A stretch of DNA of 55,361 nt from Spongospora subterranea f. sp. subterranea (lineage: Eukaryota), in contig JAUGWO010000005.1 of the NCBI GenBank assembly GCA_049724395.1, positions 62,001-117,361 on the forward strand, in the 5' to 3' direction. The notes beneath the pieces are model-generated. The model was not told the origin of the DNA. It did not search any database and saw nothing but the letters and a program-made list of their open reading frames with translations. Within the stretch, counting starts at the first letter, position 1, and every line of letters begins with the position of its first letter. Both the position numbers and the translations under genes were made by a program. This document shows, piece after piece, positions 45,757-55,361 of this stretch.

Positions 45757-46579
45757 TCGATGCTGAAAAACCCAATCTCGTCAATCATCGGACACACATT
45801 ATTGTTGGATGAATAAAATCGTCGCCTGTTGATGAGCGTGAACATTATTTGCAGCGATCCATCACATCACATTAGTATCGCCGTCTGCGTCATCTTGGAG
45901 CTATTTCTCCATCAAACCGCCCAAGATTAGGGGGACAAATCAGCGTTCATTTTCACCAAATCCGTAAATCACGTTCAATGCCCCGTCCCGTTTGCTGAAA
46001 GACCCATTCTTCTTGGTGATCTCTCCCAGGAAATTCCATAATTTGCATTGACGGTACAACCGTATGTTTTGGCTGTCAATGTCAGCTGAACCTCCTGAAT
46101 TATTCTTAATCGGTGCCTACATCGATATGCTTTTCTGTATCATCGAACAGATCTCAATTAGTTTTTTCGGGTGATCTCAAAATCACTGATTGTTGCTGGT
46201 CGATCATGGAGTGTGCTGCATAGTTGAGCAGTGTGTTGAGATGGGGCGGGTCGTCACGCTTCTGCCGCCATACAGCCCTTTGATCAAGTTGCATGGCGCC
46301 AGAACCCTTTATTGATCAAGTTGCACGACAGACCGAATGGAACGACGAAACTGGTACAGATGTGCACATGGGACCTTCGTCGACGTCTGTTTTTGTTCAT
46401 TCGGAAACAACGGGGACACATTCACTCCCATCGGAAGATGAAATTCGTCGGCTACATCATCAGAATCGAACAGGGGGCGTCGCGCGTCAAAGAACCTGAA
46501 GATGAAGTGCCGTTGGAGATGCAACCGACGAGTTCTGTGGGATGGGCGATATTCGAAACACACACGGATTGATGAACAA

Positions 46580-47365
46580 TTATAGTTCATTAGATAGTTC
46601 GTCCAACATGTGTTCATAGTTCTCGTGGAAACTGTTGGCAACGAAGAGGAACGGCGAATCGATATTCTTCCCGGCGGCCTAGATTTCAGGGGGGGTTTAG
46701 GTTCAGTTCACGACCAGTATCAAGCGATACCAACCGCGGAACATTCCATATATTCTAGCCCGATCGAATTCGCTTGTTCGGTTGCCTCTTTGATCGAGAT
46801 ATCCGAGAATTCCTTGAGATCGGATTTGCACCCAACCAATAATCCTAGATTTATTTTTAGCATTTGGTCATCGGATGAAATCGGGTAATTGAACACCTTT
46901 CAGCTTGGGGTTTTTGGTGTATTCTCTAACCCCTGTTGACCCACACCTTGGCGTTGTCGAACGATTGGCGCGAGGTGACGTCGAATGCGGCGAGGATGAC
47001 GTTGGCCACATTCCACTATTCAGATTGTTATTTTCAATCATCGATGGAGATTGCGACGGGGCTGATCAGTACACAATGGTGATGGAGGTCCTGATACATA
47101 TCTTCACCCGACATATCGAACACGAACAATTCAACCGTATTGCCGCTCCCTGGAATCGGCACCGCTTTCACACAGAAATCGACCCCTAATGTCTAATTAT
47201 CACGATTTCGCCTGATGAGATCAGTAGATCAAATCAATCTGAAGCGCTTCTTCATACCATGATGTAGTTCTTCGGGTATAGGTTGCTATGGAAGCATTGG
47301 GTCAATGCACTTTTGCCGACACGAGGATCGCCAACGATAACCACTTTACACCTGAGTATGGTCAT
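46580..47365 (-). CDS. IFT27: Rab-like small GTPase IFT27 (RABL4), multi-exon
   Basis: MTILRCKVVIVGDPRVGKSALTQCFHS...PKNYIM, GVDFCVKAVPIP...VELFVFDMSG, GCKSDL, YMECSA and NIDSPFLFVANSFHENYE...*; no C-terminal prenylation cysteines. Confidence 0.8.
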
Positions 47366-47971
47366 GATCTCTATTGTCAGCGAATAATGGCGTCAGATTC
47401 CCAGTTGTCCAATCGATGACGAGCGTGTACGAGCCCTTTGACCAGCAGCAATATATGACCTGATCATCCAGTTATATTCAGATTCAGGTCAGCGATGCGT
47501 ATCAAGAGACCAACGGGCGATTATCACTCCAAATATGCTCACGAACACTTTTGTATTTTGATTTTCGGACCTCTTGACCATATTGGTAACCCGACGGTTG
47601 AGTGAATTTCGTCTAACTCTTCCAAAAGCGGTTTCACGAACGTTGCTGGAATGCCTCGAAATTCTAATGTCCGTCCGCAAAGAACAAAACTGCCAAGACA
47701 TGCACCGATAACTCTAACCAAGTTCGGGTCGTTGTGTAAGAGTGAATGCAGTCGGCTTAAACCATCTAACAAGGCATAGTCCCTCGGGACTTTGTTCCTT
47801 CATTCAGGTCATCGAACTTTGCGTCGATCACCTTCGTGAGCCAGTCATGTTGATATGTCGTTCCTCTTCAATATAGGCGACTCTCTGGTCCATCGAATCG
47901 TTTTCGTCGCCTGCACAGAGGTATTCGCCCTCATCGACTAGTTTAAACGGTTCGGGATAGTTTACCAACAC

Positions 47972-49100
47972 GTGTCTAATCAAGGATCACACTTCAAGAA
48001 CAGTGTGGATGAGGAATTGTGTTCTCGTCAACATATCGCTCGACACTTTACTACAACCTACACTCCATGGGCCAACGGGACCGTACAGATCGTCAACCGA
48101 CATATTCTATCCACTCTAAAGAAATTATTGTCGGAGTTCAGCCTTCCTTTCGATGACAATTGACCGTATATTCTTCCTCTCGTCAATGTGGTCCTCAACC
48201 ATCGTGTTCGTCCCAAGATCGGTTTCTGTCCCGTCACCATTTTCACAGGCTTTCAACCTTTTTGTTTATTGTCGTCAATTTTCCTTCCTCACAGTGATAC
48301 CAATGTTAGTGTTCCTATAGCTCAACAGAGAATCAATGAGATCACAGTCGCTCTTTCTGACGCTCTGGATTCCATGCACAAGGAAGTGGCTGATCGTGTA
48401 TTCAGACAACGCCCCCAGAAGCACCCGATCTTGTCGAAATCACAGTTCCACCGTCGACTTTAATTTTACTACAGGCGATTATGTGCTCTACTCTTCACCG
48501 AGTCAGAGTATCAAATTCTGTGTTAACTTGGTTGGTCCAGCACCGATTGTTGACGTGGTCAACGCGCACGTGTTCATTGTAAAAAATTTGATCACTTGGG
48601 ACATCTCGGCAATGCATTGCCAACGTCTGATGTATTATCATGACAAGACCCTCAACCTCACAACGCCCCTTCTTCAATATCGCATCGCAGGGTGCTGCAT
48701 ATAACGTCTCCTCCATTTGCTATTTGAGGCGCAACGCTAATACCGAACTGCTGTTCGGTTGGCAGGGTTTTGAGCCATCAGATATCACCTGGGAGCCGTT
48801 TATCTCAATTGCTTCGGATGTTCCTCAGTTTGTGAAATCCTTTCTCCAAGCACGTCCCATTGAGCCACTTTTTGCCGAACTCCTCCAGGGCCTGATTTAA
48901 AACAGGGGAATGTTCTACTCCTTGACCCCCCTGTCCTGTCCCGTCGGTACTCTTTTCCTCTCTAATAAACACTACTTCTTTCTTCTCTCTCTTCATCATC
49001 TCCTCACCTTTCATCGCTATTCCTCCCTGGTTACTGTTGACCGGGCGGCAGCACATCGGCCGATAACAACACGCGATCCTTTCTATACCAAACCAAACCA
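47972..49100 (+). mobile_element. 3' relic of a Gypsy element: integrase core, chromodomain, PPT, start of LTR
   Basis: SNQGSHFKN...YTPWANGTVQIVNR; LLFGWQGFEPSDITWEPF...DVPQFV; purine tract AAAACAGGGGAA followed by TGTTCT at 48911. Right end approximate. Confidence 0.75.
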
Positions 49101-49809
49101 AGTGGGTTGACATGATGTTGCATTTCGTGATGGTTTCGATTGCCCTGGCAGGACCTCGCCATTTCACCATATTCTTCGTCTGAAAACACGTATATGAAGG
49201 GAATATAGAATTAAATTACTGCAATTGGAGCACAGTCGCTAATCAATTCCGTTTTGCACGATTACCAGAACGAACCAATGAGGCCTGGCGATGCGAGTTC
49301 GGGGAATTCGGAGCGTATTTCAGCGATATAGGGTCGGATAATACCTGAGGAAAGATTGACATTTGAAGATGGCGGAGCGGCGGTTGATCAAATCGTATCC
49401 AATGGAGATGACGGGTCAGATTCATGAAATAGTGTTGTGGTCGGCGATGTCGTGTTATTTGAATAATACTTTGACCAGGTGAAATATGGCAACAGACTCC
49501 CTCGACCGCTATGGTCAATTTAGAACATTCGCTTCTATTGTGATTGTTGGCTGGATATATAAAATATCACAATCTGTATGTTATAACCCGGCTATATCCC
49601 ATTTGTCGACAAGTCGATTCATCGTGATGCGTTTTCCCATTTTCAGTAATTGGGTTTGTGTCAAAGACCCCAACGGAATTATACCGATGAAAGTTGATAT
49701 AAATACAACAGAATAATCCTATAACGCCTTGTGAAATTACTCTTATGCTCATCAGGTTTATTAACTTCATCTACATTATTGGTTGAGTTATTGGAGGGTC
49801 AACCTTGAT

Positions 49810-50859
49810 CTAACCTTGGAATGGCAGAGAATTATATGGACAGATATCATATTCCATTGTGCCTGTTCCAGGACAGTATTTGCCACTGAACGTGGTGTAG
49901 AATAATAATCGTCCCCATCTCCGAACAAATTCCTCAACACTTCCAGCGCAATGACGATGTAAACAATTGTAAATAGGACGGCATTTGTTGATCAGAGCGG
50001 TTAAATCCGGATTAGGCGGCCTCTGTGATGCTGTCTTCGTAATCACGAACTGATCATACTCTTCGAGAATTGCGGAAAGCGCTGGGAGGAGGACTCGGGT
50101 TGATTTACCGCGAAGATCAAGTCTTGCAGGAATATCAAATGGTCGGTCAATCCATCCGCATTGAAGGGACTTTAAGCCATGACATTTCCGCCTTCTGAAT
50201 CCCCCATGTGTGAATTGATCGCCCCATTTTCGAATCCACTCATTAAAATTTTGGCCACAGTGATGAACAAAGCACCCCCAGATGGGTCTCGGAGACTGGT
50301 TATGATATGATCGGAGACGTTTTTGAGTTGCGGGGCCACTTGATCGGTATTTCTCGTTGAATTCACCGCACAGTTTGAGTTTTTCTTTTGCGGTTTTTGA
50401 CAATGAAACAGCCAGAACAAGAGCTTTGAGATCCAATGAACCGGAGTCTTTGTCTCTGTCAGGTTTTCTGACGATTTTCGTCCTGTGGTAACCGCAGGTG
50501 TTATGATTTGATCCACGACCGGGGCAGCATGTCAATCCAAAATTACGGTGGTTGAAACGCGTTCCCCAACGTGTCTGGAACAGGTCCATGTTTTTGCCAC
50601 AACATTTCACGAGACATTGAAGGACGGGGATACAGGTGCGCTTGAGACAAATAATCACATTAGGGATAATACTGCAGAGCGTTCTTTTGCAAGAGCCCAG
50701 TTTCAAAACAAAATTCGAAATTAGGATCAGTTTTTGAAGGGTGCTGGTTGCCTTGGCAATTAGCCTAGTATCAGGAAAATCGACCATGTTTTGTCCGACC
50801 TCAACGGTATCCCGCCCCGACTTTCCGAGTAATTCCATCATGTGATCCATTATGGCCAA
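49810..50859 (-). CDS. Uncharacterised protein with three tandem ~95-aa repeats, each ending in a Cys/Trp-Gly motif (may extend upstream)
   Basis: 349-codon open frame; three ungapped 39-aa cores P[IV]xxCxxxxC-x6-[FW]xxxWG-x7-FxxxxCxG. Confidence 0.7.
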   Translation of the reverse strand: MAIMDHMMELLGKSGRDTVEVGQNMVDFPDTRLIAKATSTLQKLILISNFVLKLGSCKRTLCSIIPNVIICLKRTCIPVLQCLVKCCGKNMDLFQTRWGTRFNHRNFGLTCCPGRGSNHNTCGYHRTKIVRKPDRDKDSGSLDLKALVLAVSLSKTAKEKLKLCGEFNEKYRSSGPATQKRLRSYHNQSPRPIWGCFVHHCGQNFNEWIRKWGDQFTHGGFRRRKCHGLKSLQCGWIDRPFDIPARLDLRGKSTRVLLPALSAILEEYDQFVITKTASQRPPNPDLTALINKCRPIYNCLHRHCAGSVEEFVRRWGRLLFYTTFSGKYCPGTGTMEYDICPYNSLPFQG

Positions 50860-53800
50860 ACTGTCGTGAAACTCGACCTGTTTTGAATTCGTCTCGTTTC
50901 CCTAAACAGACGATACCGTTTGTGATGATCAAATCCCAGACAGAGCGGGAAACCAGAGTTCTGACCAGAAACACACAGAGGCTATCATAGTCTTTGACCT
51001 CATCCAGGTCCCAGTTTATGTGCCGACAGAGAATTTTCAATCCCACCAGGTATTTGATATTACGAACCTCAACCATTTTGTGAGTCTGCTCCTCCTAGTA
51101 CGACATAATCAGATATTGGTGATGAGGATTATCGGCAACCTCTTACTGGCACGAAATTCTCACGAATATCATCTGGCTGGTTTTTTGAATTACTTGTATT
51201 TTCGATGCGGCAATCGAAAGTTTTACCCTCTACGTTTGGAATTGACTGTTGACCATTAATACTGATACGGGATGCATCACGGTTTGAACTCGTGCTCAGG
51301 GTCCAATCCTAACACGAACTTAGTAAAGCGACACACAATTTGGTCATGGACTGAACAGCTAAGTTTCTGGAAGAACTGTCACCAAACTGGTGGGCGTTGC
51401 TGTTATCGGGCACGAGATTCTCGAGAAAGTCCTTAGACGGCAAAATTTCCGAATCAGTTGGAATTCGATTTAGATCGATCAGGCAATGGAGGTTCTTGCG
51501 CTCTTCGATTAACTGTTGAGAATCGATACTGATATGGGACTCGTCAATTTTCGAACCCGGGCTCGAGTCCCATTCCTAAAAACGCACTTAACAAGCCGAA
51601 TCTCTATTGGATGATGAGCTGAACGACCACATTCATCGCAGAACTTTCACCAAACTGGTCGACACGATCGATTTTGAACAAATCAATCGTGCGTTTCAAC
51701 AAATTCGACTCAAATGTCGAATATTTCAATACTGGATAGTTTACACGTTGGGTCTTGTCATGGGGCATTGCCCACTCCGGCGATGACGACATTGTGTCCT
51801 GCAATCACCAATGGTCTCAGCATTTTGCAATTCTTTGGAGCGACATTCCCCCATCCATACCGAGATAGTCGAGGAGGCGATTGTTGTGGCGGCATTGGCC
51901 TGACCGGAGCCAAGCGGTTCGACCCAACCATGACCATGTTCGGTTGTCACTGATCGAGTCGGTCTGATCGCCACCACCACCAATACCAACAACTTGAGGA
52001 CACCCATTGATATAATAAGATATGGCGCAACAGCAACGCGGTTCGACAATGGGAAAAGGATGAGTTCAGAGTTATGGATGAGACGAACGGTTGTTAGGTG
52101 TTAAACACCGATTATGATCCCCCATTATATTCAACTTTGCTGTGGTGAATTAGTTCTGAATTTGATAGGGCGGGACATGACCAACAATCGATTTGTAATC
52201 ACGTTTTGCGGGGTGAAGGTCGTGGGCATCGTCAGGGGCAGCCATATCATCAACAACATCCATAGCCAAAGGAAAACGACCATGATAAACTCAGTGGCAG
52301 TCGAGGCGACGACCCGAACCTGGAGCTTCACCACCAACCACCAATTTTGCACGATTATTCGTCCACTGAATATACCGCTCAAGCAAAACGCCGAATTCAA
52401 CAACACGAACAAGGCGTCGTGATTCCAATTGCTTTCCGGTTAATACGTCCCCATCGACGAAGTCAATGAGGTCCAAAACGATTGAGATCAAGCGCTGTTC
52501 ATGCTCATGAGTTCACGTTGAGACATTTACTGCTACTCTTGTTGATCGCCGCTAACTTCATCTACCACAATCACGACACGAAATATATACAATTTCAAAA
52601 ATTCGTTTTAAAAACAAAGTGCGAATTCGATGCAGTTTTATGCTGATTGGAGTTTGATTGGGCAGATGTGAGCTGAAGAACATACATGACTGTCATCAGC
52701 CGACTTCTGTTCTATAAATTACCTGTTGAACATGAATGATTCGTTAGAATCGGCATCACAAAAAAAAATCTCAACGTGCAATTTTGCCTTCCTCAGAGAA
52801 ACCAGGTATGAACTGTCACCCCTTGGTCGTCTGTTGCCCTTTGTGTTATCGTGAACAGAGCAGGAACATGCGCTTGAAGATTCCTCATAGAAAACGTGGA
52901 CGAAAAAGGGGTCTTATCTGGAATCTCATTTTCGTTTGACTCATTCAAAGTAACTCTCGACTCACAGCAGGACGTCGTGTTAGCGCCAACGGCTGCAGCA
53001 CTGATCAACTTTGAAGCACAAGTCGAGAATGCAGCACGTGAAACAAGGGCGGTCATTGCCCAAGATTGGGGTTATGAACACCCAAACCTGAATATGGGTA
53101 AAGTTAGGGCCCGACCACTCTTATTTCTGGGCAAACCAACCTCGTATGAGTTGGTATTGGATCACCAACGACCAGAATAGGGTCATCGACAACTAATGTC
53201 AAGGTAGATTCACCGCGCTGAGAAAGGGACGATTTTACATTGCAAATTTCTGTCAACTATTTTTGCAATCGTTTTGCACACCTTCATATTATTCATTCGA
53301 ACATTGTTGAAAATGGAAAACACTACCAAAGTTGTGTTAACTGCCAATGTTGTGTTAGCGAAAATAGACAGCCTCAAAATTGCTAAAAATTGGGATAATC
53401 AAAATGATAATTAGCCGTTCGCGTTCGGCTATAGATAATTCATTTATCTTTGGGATATTCAGTACATAGTTCATTCATATGTATCAATCGAGCTCGAGGG
53501 CCGGGCTTGCCAATCTGCCCCTCCCTGGACCAGCGGCTCGACAATGACGAAGGCGGTGACCAATTGGTGATCTTCCGGGAACGGGATTACCCCGACCTCG
53601 TCCTCGACCATTGATATTTCTGTGAACGCGACCACGGTGTCGTCTGCGAACGTTCAAAAACCGGTTGGCTGGACGCTGCAATGGCTATGCGATGCCATGA
53701 CTTTATAACTGCCTTCAACGCAGATGCGTCAGGAATGCCGATCTCTACAGCAAGCCAATCATTGCCATTGTCAGAGACGGATTCACTAGCAGAGTCAGCC

Positions 53801-54966
53801 ATAATCTGATTGCAGGGGTGTTGGTGAACCTATCTTGGTTGCAGGCAATCCCACTCTTGAATGTTTCTGATCCAGTCTTGGGGTGGTCGTCAACTCCTTG
53901 TCACACTTTATCATTTAGTTGGCGAAGACCCAGGTTGGTGATAATCCATACTGTGGTTGGTTAACACTCTACCGTCGGTGTAACATTACTGTAATTAGAG
54001 TGGACAGTTCTTTTTCTGGTGAAAATTGGACCCCTACAATGTTAGAGCACAAGTTGCGTCTTGAAAAATCCAACGAGCAATCGTGTCATAAATGGATTAC
54101 TGACAAGTTTTTGAAAACGGGATCTATTTTTGGAACTCCCTCAATAATGGTGCAAATGGATTAAAAGAGGATCAATTGATTGGAAGGTTTATCCTCTCTT
54201 CAATCCCTTGTCAGATTGTTAATGAGTCCCATGTGTAGTGTGTACACACTCACCTGTCAGTTTCTCTCTAATGACAGAACTGTAGAGCTTTATAGTCCGA
54301 TTATGCCAGATGGCCTTGCAATATGCAAATGTGTCCGGAGAGTATTGCTGACTCGGAGTACCGATATACTAAACGGGAGGATGGTGGTGACTCCAGCCTA
54401 TTTGGTAAGGCAATGCCATTCCCATCTTGAAATCGGAATTGTCGGAATGACATCTCCTTACCAATAGGCTGCTCTATGGTAAGGTCATCATCATCCTCCC
54501 ACGGTTTGCCCTAGCATTGGGGCGTGTAAATGCAGCATGCCTGTTTGCAATCACATTCAGATTGAACCCCGTTTACAACGCAATGGTGGCGAGGCAACCA
54601 ACGTCATTGGAAGCAAACAGTTTCCTTTCATTGCAACAAAAAATGTATCACCTCAATCAGATCTACAGAGCATCGTACGACAGCATTGAGACTAATTAAG
54701 GATGCTTAAAACAATTACATCAAATACAAGAGATAACTCGTTGCAATAGCGCATCTGTAAACATGAGATCATTTGAATATCATTCGTTTGCATCGTATTC
54801 GACATCTGTCTCATCCGTGTTAAGATTCACGTTGGATTTGAGTTGGAAGATATCTTCTCCATGCTCTTGAACGACTTCAAAATTACATGCTCGTCGCAGT
54901 CAAATCGATTATGGTTCACTGAATTCCCGTTCTCATACACGGAGTATACACCGATGACCGCAATTA

Positions 54967-55361
54967 CCGTAGTCCGGACCGCACTTTTTGTCAACCTCTA
55001 ATTTCCGAGTCGGTCACAGGTATTAGCGTGGACCGCACGGTAATTCTGCATTTGGGGAATTAAAGCGGATTCATCAGACATAATTATTACGGGAAAAACG
55101 GCGCAATATAAATGGAGGACGATATATATGGTGTGTAATTGATACCCGAACTGCAGAGGATTATTCACAAAATGGAAGCACGGTTTTTATTGGATCGAAC
55201 GTTACATTAGCCTCAAAGCTCAGGGGCGGGAACAAGAACGCCATTGAAGTGGATACGATCTGTTTGCCAATAATATTTTGCAGTTCTGGTGTCAATTGCG
55301 ATTCATGCCATTCACCATTGACGTTTAGCGCCATGCCACATTCCTAGTGTTTACCGTAATC
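54967..55361 (-). mobile_element. Probable 3' end of another pogo-like transposon extending beyond the window
   Basis: TA|CCGTAGTCCGGACCGCAC terminus with a subterminal repeat of GGACCGCAC (54976, 55030); minus-strand peptide CGMALNVNGEWHESQLTPELQNII resembles, from recollection only, C-termini of oomycete-type DDE_1 transposases. Confidence 0.45.

Noticed and set aside
47450..47930. Minus-strand ORFs as a gene
   Set aside because: Fragmentary and adjacent to a Gypsy relic; probably retroelement debris, but no diagnostic motif was found.
51600..54900. Short ORFs (hydrophobic 52131-52412, RG-rich 53484-53681, Cys-rich near 54500)
   Set aside because: No coherent splice model or recognisable motif; may be decayed genes but not supportable from sequence alone.

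Overview
Eukaryotic, intron-rich DNA with short (~50-60 bp) GT-AG introns. Flagellar genes, ankyrin-repeat genes with signal-peptide-like N-termini and oomycete-like transposons suggest a flagellated protist such as a plasmodiophorid (inference only). A housekeeping block at 1-10 kb (SLC35B4/YEA4-like transporter, symplekin, coiled-coil/WD40 gene) and one at 40-47 kb (SAM-domain MAP3K, CHTOP-like RGG protein, CFAP45, IFT27) enclose a ~29 kb transposon-rich island. The island holds (i) a complete 2945-bp pogo-type DNA transposon whose 7-exon, 671-aa transposase carries an unusual N-terminal SHOCT-like, PIP-box and C2H2 zinc-finger extension; (ii) a full-length chromoviral Ty3/Gypsy element with a Tf1-like self-priming signature whose primer sequence overlaps a cUUCGg hairpin in the LTR; (iii) two ~4.1-kb ankyrin-repeat paralogs in inverted, convergent orientation around 14 kb of nested TEs; and (iv) Copia, Gypsy, MULE/SWIM and pogo relics. 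Outside the island are a 26-bp minisatellite with an exact 86-bp higher-order period and a protein with three ungapped 39-aa Cys/Trp-Gly repeats. All gene models were read by hand; no database searches were run.
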